64,000 nt of DNA from Obrimoposthia wandeli (GCA_977020255.1 CDROCS010005135.1:124001-188000); one strand, 5' to 3'. Counted from the first letter of the stretch, positions 9,137 through 20,800 are shown. The notes: generated by a model from the letters alone, not told the origin. Made by a program: numbers and translations.

Positions 9137-9898
9137 ATGAAAAAAATACTTTTTCTCTGCACTGGCAATTCGGCACGATCTCAATTGGCTGAAGCACTAA
9201 TGCGGCACATGGCAGATGATAGTTATGAAGTGATGAGTGCGGGTATGAGCCCCGAAACTGTCGATGAGCGTGTTTATACAGTTTTATCTCAATACGGCGT
9301 CAATAGTGACAATCTTCAAAGTATTTCAGCAGAATCATTACATGATCAGCATTTTGATGTGGTTATTACGTTATGTGATAAGGCGAGTAATGAGTGTGGA
9401 TTATTCCCTGAATCTGATGCGTTGATCCATTGGGATTTTAAAGATCCTAAACCACAAGAGGGGGCTCAGGGTTTCGTTGATACCTATGAAGGGCTTAAAG
9501 CAAGAATCGCATTATTTTTGATGTTAAATGGTGAAGATCAAAGTGATGCTGTCGGTCCTGTTGAACTTTTTAAGATCATGAGTGATCCGCTTCGTCTTCG
9601 TATCTTGATGTTGATTGAAGATGAGTTTGCCCTTTCTGTGGGCGATTTAACGAAAGCCTTGTCTGTTAGTCAGCCAAAAGTTTCTCGTCATCTTGCTCTA
9701 TTGCGTGATGCGGGGATTTTGAAAGATCAACGTGAAGGTTTATGGGTTTTCTATCGTTTACCTGAGAATTTACCTGTTTGGATCCACCACATATTAACAA
9801 CGGTACGCAATGGTAATCCTGGGCTAATCAATAATGAAAAATTAAAGCTCAGCCAGATTAAAGATAGAAAAAAGCCAGGATTTAGTAAGAAAAAATAA
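9137..9898 (+). CDS. ArsC (LMW-PTP-fold arsenate reductase) - ArsR/SmtB HTH fusion
   Basis: N-terminal CTGNSARSQ loop plus C80/C87; C-terminal SDPLRLRIL...SQPKVSRHLALLRDAG...WVFYRL ArsR HTH. Confidence 0.9.
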   Translation: MKKILFLCTGNSARSQLAEALMRHMADDSYEVMSAGMSPETVDERVYTVLSQYGVNSDNLQSISAESLHDQHFDVVITLCDKASNECGLFPESDALIHWDFKDPKPQEGAQGFVDTYEGLKARIALFLMLNGEDQSDAVGPVELFKIMSDPLRLRILMLIEDEFALSVGDLTKALSVSQPKVSRHLALLRDAGILKDQREGLWVFYRLPENLPVWIHHILTTVRNGNPGLINNEKLKLSQIKDRKKPGFSKKK

Positions 9899-9964
9899 GT
9901 TTTATGGACACTGATCTCTCAAGGTTTTAGTCATTTCAAAACAATAAAATTATAGGTACACACA

Positions 9965-10477
9965 ATGTCGAATACACATCCATTTTGGGCTCTTTCTCTA
10001 GATGTAACTTCGGGCAACCAAGGCGCACAACTTCTGCTAACGCCTTGCCCTGGAAAGAAAGAAGCAAATTTGCATGATTCATTAGTACAATTAAAAGAGG
10101 CAGGGGCAACCGCTGTTTTAACGGCATTGCAAGAAAGTGACTTACCTGATGGCGGACTTGAGCTGTTAACACAAGAATGTAATACGTTAGGGCTTAAGTG
10201 GTTTCACCTTCCTATTGAAGATGATTGTGCCCCAGGCGAAGCATTTGATGCAAACTGGGAAGCTGCCAATACCGCTGCACAAGCAATATTAGATAATGGC
10301 GAGTCATTAGCTATTCATTGCATGGGGGGGTCTGGTCGAACAGGGTTGATTGCCGCACGTTTGATGTTAGATCGTGGTGTTGAATTAGAATCTACGATTG
10401 CACAAATTCAAGCACTTCGTCCGGGGGCATTTACCCGTCAACCACACATTGATTACATTCGGCAGTTTGTTAAGTAA
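9965..10477 (+). CDS. CX5R dual-specificity/CDKN3-like protein phosphatase (VarH-like)
   Basis: HCMGGSGRTG P-loop, PIEDD general-acid loop, LLTPCPG motif; located inside the ars cluster. Confidence 0.85.
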   Translation: MSNTHPFWALSLDVTSGNQGAQLLLTPCPGKKEANLHDSLVQLKEAGATAVLTALQESDLPDGGLELLTQECNTLGLKWFHLPIEDDCAPGEAFDANWEAANTAAQAILDNGESLAIHCMGGSGRTGLIAARLMLDRGVELESTIAQIQALRPGAFTRQPHIDYIRQFVK

Positions 10478-10527
10478 GCGGTTTATCAGGGTTGGAGTGT
10501 TATTTAACCTATAGATAAGCCAGAATT

Positions 10528-10571
10528 AAGCCCCTTAGCGCAAGAGTTACAACGTGCTAAGGGGCTTTTTT
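10528..10571 (+). terminator. Intrinsic terminator after the phosphatase gene
   Basis: 12-bp stem AAGCCCCTTAGC/GCTAAGGGGCTT plus T-run. Confidence 0.7.
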
Positions 10572-10623
10572 ACAGAAAAAACTGGTCAATCGCGATAAGG
10601 TTATATAATATCCGAATTATCAT

Positions 10624-10643
10624 ATATATGAATTTACATATAT
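10624..10643. promoter_or_regulatory. Candidate ArsR operator 2
   Basis: ATATATGA-ATTT-ACATATAT just upstream of the GAPDH start; matches operator 1. Confidence 0.6.
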
Positions 10644-10687
10644 TATAAGTTAGTTTGAATTAGCATTGAATCAATAAGGGTAAGAAC

Positions 10688-11689
10688 ATGACAATTAAAG
10701 TCGGTATTAATGGTTTTGGTCGTATCGGACGTTTAGCACTTCGCGCAGCCTTTGATTGGGAAGAATTAGAATTTGTTCAGATAAATGATGTGGCTGGTGA
10801 TGCAAAAACACTGGGGCATTTACTTGAGTTCGATTCGATTCAAGGTCGTTGGAATCATGCCGTTACTGTCGAAGATGACCAGCTGTTGATTGGCGATGTA
10901 AAAATCACATGTACCCAAGAGCGTGATATTGATGCTGTCGATTGGTCGGGTTGTGATGTTGTTCTTGAAGCAACGGGCGTTCATCGTAAAACATCATTAC
11001 TGCAAAAATACCTCGACCAGGGGGTAAAACGTGTTGTTGTATCTGCCCCCGTAAAAGAAGAAGGTGTACTCAATGTGGTGGTGGGTGTGAATGATCATTT
11101 ATTTGATCCAGAAAAGCACCGTATCGTTACAGCAGCATCATGTACTACCAACTGTATTGCACCGATTGTTAAGGTGATTCATGAGAAGATCGGTATCGAT
11201 CAAGCCTCTTTTACGACAATTCATAATTTAACCAACACCCAAACCATTCTTGATGCGCCGCATAAAGATCTCCGTCGTGCACGTTCATGTGGTTCAAGCT
11301 TGATTCCAACCACAACGGGTTCTGCTACTGCTATTGTAGAAATTTTCCCTGAATTAAAAGGTAAAATTAACGGTCATGCAGTACGTGTACCTTTAGCTAA
11401 CGCATCGTTAACGGACATTATTTTTGATGTTAGCCGAGATACAACGGCTGAAGAAATTAACGCACTGCTAAAAGAAGCATCAGAAACTGAAATGGTGGGT
11501 GTACTGGGTTTTGAAGATCGCCCACTTGTCTCAATTGATTACAAAGGTGATCAACGCTCAACAATTGTTGATGCACTATCTACCATGGTTGTTAATAACC
11601 GCATGGTAAAAATTTACGCTTGGTACGATAACGAAATGGGCTACGCAACGCGTACTTCAGAGCTTATTCGTCAAGTTGGCTCAGTGTAG
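10688..11689 (+). CDS. ArsJ-associated glyceraldehyde-3-phosphate dehydrogenase
   Basis: [18 protein letters not shown] catalytic Cys, WYDNE; directly upstream of arsJ. Confidence 0.95.
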   Translation: MTIKVGINGFGRIGRLALRAAFDWEELEFVQINDVAGDAKTLGHLLEFDSIQGRWNHAVTVEDDQLLIGDVKITCTQERDIDAVDWSGCDVVLEATGVHRKTSLLQKYLDQGVKRVVVSAPVKEEGVLNVVVGVNDHLFDPEKHRIVTAASCTTNCIAPIVKVIHEKIGIDQASFTTIHNLTNTQTILDAPHKDLRRARSCGSSLIPTTTGSATAIVEIFPELKGKINGHAVRVPLANASLTDIIFDVSRDTTAEEINALLKEASETEMVGVLGFEDRPLVSIDYKGDQRSTIVDALSTMVVNNRMVKIYAWYDNEMGYATRTSELIRQVGSV

Positions 11690-11795
11690 ATACAGTTAGC
11701 ACAGTCATTGACTACGTTGATGATCGCTAACAAAGAAAATGACTCCGTATTTATGAATCAGTAATAAATGCGGAGAATGAAATAGAGATATCGGA

Positions 11796-13028
11796 ATGAT
11801 TGCAGCGTTTTCAAATCTGTCGAAAGATGTAAAGCAGTACATGTTGGTGACGTTTAACTATTGGAACTTCACTATCACCGATGGTGCATTACGCATGCTG
11901 GTGATATTGCATTTCCATCAACTAGGCTATTCACCTCTCGAAATCGCATCGCTATTTTTGTTTTATGAATTTTTTGGTGTTGTGACCAACCTTATTGGTG
12001 GTTGGCTTGGTGCGAAGGTCGGATTAAATCGCACGATGAATATTGGACTTGCCTTGCAGGTTATTGCCTTAGTCATGCTCGCTATACCGACAGATTTCCT
12101 TACCGTTGCTTGGGTGATGTTGGCGCAAGCGATGTCGGGCATAGCCAAAGATTTAAATAAAATGAGCGCGAAAAGTGCCATCAAAACCTTAGTGCCAAAT
12201 GATCAACAAGGTGCATTGTATAAGTGGATTGCGATTCTAACAGGTTCTAAAAATGCCCTTAAAGGCGCAGGATTTTTTCTGGGCGGTTTACTGTTAGCGG
12301 TATTAGGCTTTCAAGGTTCAGTGTTGATAATGGCGGGGGTGTTGGCGATTGTATTTTGCATGAGTTTGCTTTGGCTTGAGAAAGACATGGGAAAAGCCAA
12401 GAATAAGATAAAATTTAGTCAGATATTTTCAAAAAGTGAGAGTATCAATATTCTGTCTGCCGCCCGTATGTTTTTGTTTGGCGCGCGTGATGTATGGTTT
12501 GTTGTTGCACTGCCTATTTACCTCGGGCAAGTATTTGGCTGGGACCATGTAATGGTTGGGGGCTTTCTTGCTACTTGGGTTATTGCTTATGGTGTGGTGC
12601 AAGGTTTTGCTCCTCGGTTAACGGGTAAAGCGAAAGGTGTTGTGCCAGATGGACGAGCTGCGATGGGCTGGGCTGCTTTGCTTGCCGCTATTACTGCAAT
12701 TATTGCGCTTGGCGTACAGTTTCATTGGCAGCCAGAGCTGACTATTATCGTGGGTCTATTAATTTTTGGCGCGGTATTTGCGGTTAATTCTTCACTGCAT
12801 TCATATTTGATTGTGAGCTACGCCAAAGATGATGGTGTATCGCTGGATGTTGGCTTTTACTACATGGCTAATGCGATGGGGCGTTTAATTGGCACCATTT
12901 TATCGGGTTGGGTGTATCAAGAGTACGGACTTGCTGCTTGTTTATGGGTCTCTTTTGTTTTCTTAGCCATAACAACGGTGATTTCTATTCGTTTACCTGC
13001 ACACCCTAAGATACAAGCTGCTTTATAA
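11796..13028 (+). CDS. arsJ: Organoarsenical efflux MFS transporter ArsJ
   Basis: YWNFTITDGALRML, AKDLNKMSAKS, GSKNALKG and VGFYYMANAMGRL motifs; GAPDH neighbour. Confidence 0.92.
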   Translation: MIAAFSNLSKDVKQYMLVTFNYWNFTITDGALRMLVILHFHQLGYSPLEIASLFLFYEFFGVVTNLIGGWLGAKVGLNRTMNIGLALQVIALVMLAIPTDFLTVAWVMLAQAMSGIAKDLNKMSAKSAIKTLVPNDQQGALYKWIAILTGSKNALKGAGFFLGGLLLAVLGFQGSVLIMAGVLAIVFCMSLLWLEKDMGKAKNKIKFSQIFSKSESINILSAARMFLFGARDVWFVVALPIYLGQVFGWDHVMVGGFLATWVIAYGVVQGFAPRLTGKAKGVVPDGRAAMGWAALLAAITAIIALGVQFHWQPELTIIVGLLIFGAVFAVNSSLHSYLIVSYAKDDGVSLDVGFYYMANAMGRLIGTILSGWVYQEYGLAACLWVSFVFLAITTVISIRLPAHPKIQAAL

Positions 13029-13153
13029 CGTCGCACGATGGCAACTTGGGTATAAGTATTCATTAACACATTAATAACGATGTGTTGGTGAATTTTTTGC
13101 TTTCAGCAGAACTAACTTCTAACATAGCCACTTCAGTTTGTTGGGGAAATATA

Positions 13154-13843
13154 ATGCGGGCTATTTGTTTTGATTTTGATGGCACTCTTGTCGATTCTGA
13201 AGTGTTCCATGCTGAAAATTGGTCTGTGTTTTTAAAGACATTAGATATCGATTTTTCAGTGGGGGCATTTCTTGCTCAGTATGCCGGTGTAACATGGGAT
13301 AAGGTGGCGACAGATCTTTTTACGCGCTTTCCCATTAGTATGCCGATTGAGCACATGCTGCAACAAATGGAAGCAATAACAGAAAAAGCGCTAATGCTTG
13401 ATAATATTCCGGCTAAATCGGGCGTGAGTACATTGCTGCATGAGCTATCAGGTAAAGTGCCTTTAGCGGTTGTTACTGGCGCGCCACGTATTTATGTTGA
13501 AGGTATTTTACAGCGTCATGGTTGGCTTGAATTATTTGATCATGTTTTCTGTGGTGAAGATGTAGCCTCTAACAAACCCGCTCCCGATATATACCAATTA
13601 GCGTGTAAAACGTTAGGTTTTAATCCTCATGAAGTCTTAGCGATTGAAGACAGTGTTACTGGCATCAAATCGTCGTTATCCGCGGGATTAAAAACAGTAT
13701 TAGTGAACGATATTGATGTTATCGACTCTTCTATAGACACCTCAAAACATGGACTGCTTGAATTGGATTACTCTTTTGATTCAATGCATCAAGCACACCC
13801 AACGGTATTGAATTTAGCAACACGTTCAATTCGACACATTTAG
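13154..13843 (+). CDS. HAD-family phosphatase (subfamily IA)
   Basis: Motif I FDFDGTLVDS, motif III KPAPDIY, motif IV IEDS. ATG 13154 has RBS GGGGA; the track start 13082 is probably too early. Confidence 0.85.
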   Translation: MRAICFDFDGTLVDSEVFHAENWSVFLKTLDIDFSVGAFLAQYAGVTWDKVATDLFTRFPISMPIEHMLQQMEAITEKALMLDNIPAKSGVSTLLHELSGKVPLAVVTGAPRIYVEGILQRHGWLELFDHVFCGEDVASNKPAPDIYQLACKTLGFNPHEVLAIEDSVTGIKSSLSAGLKTVLVNDIDVIDSSIDTSKHGLLELDYSFDSMHQAHPTVLNLATRSIRHI

Positions 13844-13859
13844 TGTTAGCTCGGGCATA

Positions 13860-14122
13860 TATACCCATGATACTTCAAGATGCAAAGTCAGCAAGGCAAA
13901 TTGTGCCAATATGCTAGGCATAAAATTGAAGTATAGTTATTCTACATAGAGATTTTATAACAACGCAGATTGGTGCAAGTTGCCTTGCCCTACGGGGCGC
14001 AAGCTCGAAAACCAGCCCTGCGTTGTAACATTCAAAAAGTGAATAACAATTACCTCATGTTGCGCCTTGCTCTGATTATCGAGCTTGTGCCTGACAAAGC
14101 ATCTTGAGGTAACATGGGTATA
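13860..14122. mobile_element. 263-bp MITE-like element with ERIC-like terminal inverted repeats
   Basis: Left end TATACCCATGATACTTCAAGATGC and right end GCATCTTGAGGTAACATGGGTATA are 24-bp inverted repeats (2 mismatches) with TA termini; internal inverted repeats; no coding capacity. Confidence 0.8.
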
Positions 14123-14165
14123 AATAGAGTAAAATACTCAAGAATTTATTATACAGGCAATAAAG

Positions 14166-14432
14166 ATGCAGAACGAAGATATCATGACTGGCGATATGCT
14201 AGTGGAAATCGTTGAAAATCAACTTACTGATGGCAATCCAGTTAAGGTGAAAGAAACATTGATGCGCCTAGTTATGTCAGGTACGCCGCGTGAAGAAGCC
14301 GTTCAAATGATTGCTTGTGCACTTTCTATCGAAGTTTTTGATGTTGCTAAAAATGAAGGTACATTTGACCTTAAGCGTTACAGTGAAAACTTAACGTCAC
14401 TTCCCGATATGCCTTGGGAATTTGAAGACTAA
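14166..14432 (+). CDS. Small acidic hypothetical protein
   Basis: 88-aa ORF followed by a terminator hairpin (AAAACCGC-TTTTT-GCGGTTTT); helical and acidic, no recognised family. Confidence 0.7.
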   Translation: MQNEDIMTGDMLVEIVENQLTDGNPVKVKETLMRLVMSGTPREEAVQMIACALSIEVFDVAKNEGTFDLKRYSENLTSLPDMPWEFED

Positions 14433-15107
14433 AGTTGATAAAAGCTAAACGTTGATATCAATCGATTTGAAAGAAAACCGCTTTTTGCGGTTTTTTTATG
14501 CCATACCTGCCTTGTTATTATCAATTTTCTCTACGCAATTATCTGACCATTTACTTATCCTGAGTGGTTTAACACCTCTTGAACTCAATGCCCGAAGTTT
14601 AACTGTGATGTTTATCCTAGTATAAAAGCTGCAGCCTCCATTTTTGTGATCTTATTATTTTAAACCAGCCCCTAATACTTCACTTGGTTGCTTTTTTGTT
14701 AATTAATCGTGTTTTGCTGTGCGGTTTTGATCCGTGGCTTGCTTTAGTTTTTAATGAGCAGTAATCCATATAAATAGTGCTTTGTTCTATAGCTAATCCT
14801 TTAAATATGCCTTTAACACCTTGATGTTACTTATATATGAGAGTTTTAATTAGTGTTTACATCTGCTTTTTGTTTTTATTTTGGATTTAACCGCTACCTT
14901 AGTTAGGTTTGACGGTTAACTGGTCTGCTTTGGTTCTTTTTATTGAACTTATGTAGTGTGACTCAGCTCAAGATCGGTTGATTATACTGATTTGGAATAA
15001 AATACCAGGGTCATTTGTTGAATATTGGTTAAAAAACGGTGACACATTCCAAGAGGAATTCATTATTGTGTACATAACTCCTAAACAAGTCAGTAAGGAA
15101 AATTAAG

Positions 15108-16223
15108 ATGATTATTGGTGTACCGAAGGAAATTAAAGTTCATGAGTACCGTGTAGGTATGGTTCCAGCTTCAGTAAACGAAGCTGTTTCTCATGGTCAT
15201 ACTGTATACGTTCAAACTCTGGCTGGTTCAGGTATCGGTTTTAGTGATCAAGATTACATCGACGTTGGTGCACAAATTTTACCAACTGCTGAAGCGGTAT
15301 TTGCAGAAGCAGAAATGATTGTAAAAGTAAAAGAACCTCAAGCCGTTGAACGCGCTATGCTGCGTGAAGGTCAAATTCTATTTACATACCTTCATTTGGC
15401 ACCGGATCCTGACCAAACTACAGATTTGGTGAACAGCAAAGCAGTCTGTATTGCGTATGAAACAGTAACAGACGACAAAGGACGCTTACCCCTACTAGCA
15501 CCAATGTCGGAAGTGGCTGGTCGTATGTCTATTCAAGCCGGTGCTTTCGCTCTAGAAAAATCTAAAGGCGGCAGCGGTATGCTTCTAGCGGGTGTACCAG
15601 GTGTTGAACCTGCGAAAGTTGTTATCATCGGTGGTGGTGTTGTAGGTGCAAACGCTGCACAAATGGCTGTAGGCCTACGTGCTAACGTTGTTGTTCTTGA
15701 CCGTAATATCGATGTACTACGTGATTTAGACGCACAATTTGGGGGGGCTGTTCAGTGTGTTTATTCAACGAAAGAAGCAATTGAAAAGCATGTACTAGCG
15801 GCTGACCTTGTTATCGGTGGTGTATTAGTCGTAGGTGCTGCAGCTCCGAAACTAGTTACAGCTGAAATGATTAAGAAAATGAAGCCGGGCTCTGCGATTG
15901 TAGACGTTGCAATCGACCAAGGTGGCTGTGTTGAAACATCGCACGCAACAACGCATAGTGATCCAACATATATCGTTGATGATGTTGTTCACTACTGTGT
16001 TGCTAACATGCCAGGTGCTGTTGCGCGTACATCAACATTCGCGCTAAACAACGCAACGCTACCTTACATTCTTAAATTGGCTGACAAAGGCTACAAAGCG
16101 GCACTTCAAGATGATAAGCACCTACTAAACGGTCTAAACGTTTACCGTGGTCAAATTACTTGTGAGAGTGTTGCATCTGCATTAGACCTAGAGTTTGTTG
16201 CTGCAGATAAAGCGATTGCTTAA
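15108..16223 (+). CDS. ald: Alanine dehydrogenase
   Basis: [46 protein letters not shown] and [10 protein letters not shown] motifs. Confidence 0.97.
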   Translation: MIIGVPKEIKVHEYRVGMVPASVNEAVSHGHTVYVQTLAGSGIGFSDQDYIDVGAQILPTAEAVFAEAEMIVKVKEPQAVERAMLREGQILFTYLHLAPDPDQTTDLVNSKAVCIAYETVTDDKGRLPLLAPMSEVAGRMSIQAGAFALEKSKGGSGMLLAGVPGVEPAKVVIIGGGVVGANAAQMAVGLRANVVVLDRNIDVLRDLDAQFGGAVQCVYSTKEAIEKHVLAADLVIGGVLVVGAAAPKLVTAEMIKKMKPGSAIVDVAIDQGGCVETSHATTHSDPTYIVDDVVHYCVANMPGAVARTSTFALNNATLPYILKLADKGYKAALQDDKHLLNGLNVYRGQITCESVASALDLEFVAADKAIA

Positions 16224-16246
16224 ATAACGTTGCTCTAAACTTTATG

Positions 16247-16272
16247 AAATCCCTACTTCGGTGGGGATTTTT
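16247..16272 (+). terminator. ald terminator
   Basis: AAATCCCTAC-TTCG-GTGGGGATTT, a UUCG hairpin with T-tail. Confidence 0.8.
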
Positions 16273-16664
16273 CTTTTAGCTTCATTAAGTTATAAAAAAT
16301 AATACATAAATTGTGGTTATAAATTGTTGTTATAAATTAAATAACATTGCCATGTTGAGCACATTTTTTATTGTGGCTTGCTATATAAACGTTAGCGACT
16401 GTTCATTACGAGAAATATTACTATTAAATCAACGAAGTTAATACGTGTGGTTGTCGGGAATGTAAATTAGCTAGTATGATATTTGAAATTATAATAATGA
16501 TTAGGAAGGTGAGGAGAGCGTTGGTTGAATATTCAAAGATTATTGTTATTGAACTTATTTCTATTTTAGTTAATGAATTTTATATATCTGAAATTAATAA
16601 CTATTTGTTGATTTCAAAGAAGCTATGGTCGATATCAGAATGACGTCGACCATAATTGAAAGTA

Positions 16665-17309
16665 TTAAGCATGTGCAAAGATAACACTACCGTCTTTAAT
16701 GGTATCAATGATTTTCTTCGATAAGTTTTTAGGTAAAGCTGGGCAGCCCCAACTGCGACCTAAGTAACCATTTCGCTTTATAAACGTTTCTGTCGCATAG
16801 TCTGCACCATGAATCACGATGTAACGACGACGTGCGTTATCATTAACGCCAGCGGTGAGTCCATCTAACCTTAACGAATAACCGTTGCCACCGCTATAAG
16901 TCGTTGATGTTAGATATGTGCCTAACGAGGTTTTTCTTGAATCAACAGTATTTGAAAAGTTTTTCGCCATCTTTCCACCGCTGTTTACGCCATGTGACAC
17001 ATACGTGTTGTACAGTAATGTATGGCTTTTTAAATCAATAACAAAAAATCTTTTTTCAGTTGAAGGCTTACTGTAATCAATGATCGTAAGTAGCGACTTC
17101 TTTTTTCCCTTAGTATTGGTGTATGCGTTAAATCCTTGTTTGAAAATTGCATAATCAATAACGCCTTCAAGCTTTGTTTTCTTGTAAACGTATTGTACAA
17201 CAACATCAGCATTACTTTTAGAATATGAACTACTTTTGACATTACTTGCAGATGCCTGAAGAGGCAAATAAAAGAGAATCAAAATGCATAGGCAAATTGC
17301 TTTTTTCAT
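16665..17309 (-). CDS. Murein L,D-transpeptidase catalytic-domain protein (YkuD_2-like)
   Basis: Signal peptide; IIDYSKPS, VSHG, TSLG, IVIHGADY and GRSWGCPA motifs. Confidence 0.85.
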   Translation of the reverse strand: MKKAICLCILILFYLPLQASASNVKSSSYSKSNADVVVQYVYKKTKLEGVIDYAIFKQGFNAYTNTKGKKKSLLTIIDYSKPSTEKRFFVIDLKSHTLLYNTYVSHGVNSGGKMAKNFSNTVDSRKTSLGTYLTSTTYSGGNGYSLRLDGLTAGVNDNARRRYIVIHGADYATETFIKRNGYLGRSWGCPALPKNLSKKIIDTIKDGSVIFAHA

Positions 17310-17760
17310 TGTACTTACTGAACACTCTTTTTATTATTTGTGTTAACGGGATGCAGACTTTAACATAAAAAATAAGAAAGTTTAGTGCTCAAAGCGTAAA
17401 GGAATGCATATCAGGATTTTTACTATATGAGTGTTGTTTGAAGCAGTCGTGTAATAATTAATTTAATAACAGGTGCTTATTTACTAAACATCGTTTAATT
17501 AGGCTTTAAACCCAAGATTACAAAATTGAATATAAAGGTAAAACAAACTTCAAGCATTACATTATAAAGTATTGTTATTTATTAATAAAATTATTTGTAT
17601 TTATCGAATAATGCTAAAAATAGCCAGTTGAACTGTTTGGTGAAAAAATGAGCACAATATCTCGTTTTTTATGAGAGATGAAATCCGAACATTAATTCAT
17701 GCGCAGTTGGTTGCTTTGCTTTACTGGTGGTGGGTGCGCCGAATATATGTAGGGTGAATG

Positions 17761-17785
17761 AAAGCGCAGAGACTATCTGCGCTTT
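17761..17785. terminator. Terminator of the chitodextrinase gene
   Basis: AAAGCGCAGA-GACTA-TCTGCGCTTT perfect 10-bp stem just past the stop. Confidence 0.75.
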
Positions 17786-17806
17786 AAATTAATGATGCTG
17801 ATTAGC

Positions 17807-20800
17807 TTAAATTGAACAAACCGTTGCCCAGCTGCCATCGCCTCCTGGTGTTGATTTTGTCCACCAGTTTGCTTGGTAGATTACGCCGTTGTGAATGATT
17901 TTGTCTCCTTGATTAGCGTGGCTAGGCTGACCGCCCAAATCTGTTTGTGGCCAGTTAGGGTATGTGTTGATGCCTGTAATATTACAGTCACCTCCATTAC
18001 CACCACCGTTATCAGCGCCACCAGAGCCAATATTACCTAACGGTAGGTCTGGATATTCAAACTTGAGCGCATATTCTTTACCGTTAATGTTAACGGCATA
18101 ATTAGCAGGTCCAGATATTGGGAGGTAATAAACCATATCCAGTTCGTAAGTGCCGCCGTTTGGTAAATTCTTCCACGACGGTAGGGTGAAGGCAACACGG
18201 TGCATGTCACCTTGTAGCCCGCCAATGTTATTTGCTGCTGTGTGTCCTGATGCTATAACCGCTAAACCACCACCTGATTGATCGGTTGCGTTATCTGGCG
18301 CTGATGTTGGAATATCAAATTGGAATTCCGTTCCACCAGGAAGCTCAGACCCTGTGTTGTTTGTAAAGGTTAACTTAGGGTTGATAGGGTAGTTTTTATC
18401 GCCCACCTTAAAGCCACTGATTGATACTGTAATATCGACGGCTTCTGTTGGTATCGGACCTGTTGCGACAGTATTTCCATACGGTGTAGCAGACTTAAAC
18501 TTATCATAGATAGCTTTTGTCATTGTGTTACCCATATGGTATTCACCGTTTCCGGTCTTACAGGCATTTTCTGTTGCATCAATACTGGTACGTTGGCCAT
18601 TAGCATCGAGAATATAGCAGTTATAGTCACCTGCTAGCTCCCAGAACATGATGCCACCGATCTCTTTATCGACGATGTAATTAGCTTTAACGTTAATGGA
18701 CTCTTGATCTTCAGTAGATAGGAATACTTTCTTCTCGGCATTCCATAACCAAGGTGCAACAGCCACTTCATCGTAATTGCGCGCGTAAGTGCCCACAAGT
18801 GGATTAGTCGATGGCGTGAGCCCATAAGCAGCCGTGTAAGTACCGTAAATGCCTTGTGCTAAGTTCATTGCATGCCACATTGGGTTCGAGCCTGCGCCCA
18901 TTTCATTACCGGCAGACCCTTTGTCGTGCCACAAGTTATCAATGCCCATTGCGCCATTACCGCAATTATTTTTCTCGCCTTCACCAGTACCCGCTAAACA
19001 TTCTGCTTGATTAGGCAGTGGTGCTTTACCCCAAAGCCCATTATTTCCACCTGTTACACCCTGCCAACCACGCGTATAATATGGAACCCCAATATTAATA
19101 CGTCCTGCAGGCATTGAGCCTCGGAAGTAGTGATATGCCCAGTCAGTATTCAGGTAACCAATACCACCATAAGCTGCAGTGTCATAAACATTCCACATAG
19201 CAAGCTCTGAATCTTTACCTGTGTCGTAAAGGGCTGCGTTATGGCCTACATGCTCATTCCATGCACCGTGCAGATCATAAGACATGATATTGACATAATC
19301 GAGATACTTAGTGATCTCCATTGTTTCCATACCGCGTAACAAGTAGCCAGAAGATGGAGCAGCAATGGTTAGCATATAGTGAATGCCATCATTGGCACTG
19401 GCTTGATCTAATTTTTCACGCAGTACACGCATTAACTCATGGTATGAACGCATGAGGTAAGGGCGGCGAGCTTCGGCAAAAATTATATCGTCAGGATTAC
19501 CAGCGCCCGACATACTGGTTGGGTATTCGTAATCGACATCGACACCATCGAACTTGTATTTGCGCATCATTTCAACGGAAGATGTTGCAAACTTTTCGAT
19601 ACCCGCATGGTTTATGCTGCCATCGGCATTGGTTGTCATGGTGTAGAAGCCACCATCGGCAATACGATCACCATTTGGACCAAAGTGGCCGCCTGTTTCA
19701 GCCCATCCACCGATTGAAATGAGCGTTTTAACATCATGCTTAGCTTTGGCTGTCGCGAGTGCACCAAAATGCCCTTTAAAACCTAATGCTGGATCAATTT
19801 CAACGTTGTTCCACTCCATACCCACTGCTGGGTTAGTCGGGTCATTAACGTCTCCGATATTCACGTTGCCATCAGCACCAATACTCACAAACGCATAGTT
19901 AATGTGAGTGAGTTGCTCCCAAGGGATATCTTTTACAAGGTATGAGGTTTGTGCATCGTCACCTGCGCGCCAACTTGTAAAGTAGCCAATCACACGGCGA
20001 GGATGATCTGCGCCCATGATTTCACGCCCATCTTCGTCATAAATACTACAGTAAGGAACGGTTACCCCCTCTGTTTGATATAGACCATCAGGACGACAAT
20101 TACTGGCAATAGAACCACCAGATACTGCAAGTTGACTAATTACAGAGTCAGAGGTAGCCCCTAAATCGTCAGTAGCACGAGCAAAAAAGCTGATGCTTCC
20201 AGACTGAGTAGCTGTATATGTGAATGTGTATGGTGATGTAGCGGCCGTACCAATTAATGCACCATTGGCAAAGAAGTCGACTTTATCGACTGTGCCATCT
20301 GAATCGGCAGCAACTGAAGTCAGTGTTACTGTTGCACCAATGGCTACGGTATTGGTTGAGAGGGTTAAGTCTACCGTCGGTAATTCATTTCCACCTTGGG
20401 CTGCATCAACAGTAATAATGACCGCTGAGCTGGTTGTTTCAGCACCTTTATCGTCGACTGCTTTCGCTGTTACGCTGTGTTGGCCTGGAACTGCCATCCA
20501 TGACAAAGCAAAAGGAGCTGATGAATCAGAACCGATTAATGTGCCGTTAGTATAAAAATCTACGCGTACCACTGTGCCATCTGTATCTGCTGCATTGGCA
20601 GTAATCGAAACAGCATCACCTTCTGTAATAATATCAGAAGCTGATGGTGAGCTTAGCGAAACTGTTGGTGCTTCGTTGCCTATACCTCCACCCGTTTTAC
20701 AGCTATCGAGTAAAGACCATTCTTGAGAGGCATTAGAATGGGTAGATGGTGATTGCCCTTGAGTCCACCAGTTTGCTTTATAAGCAATATTATTTTCTTG

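Noticed and set aside
14915-14935. FadR-like half site (AACTGGTC) upstream of ald; similar at about 10580
   Set aside because: Only one half-site matches and there is no fatty-acid context.
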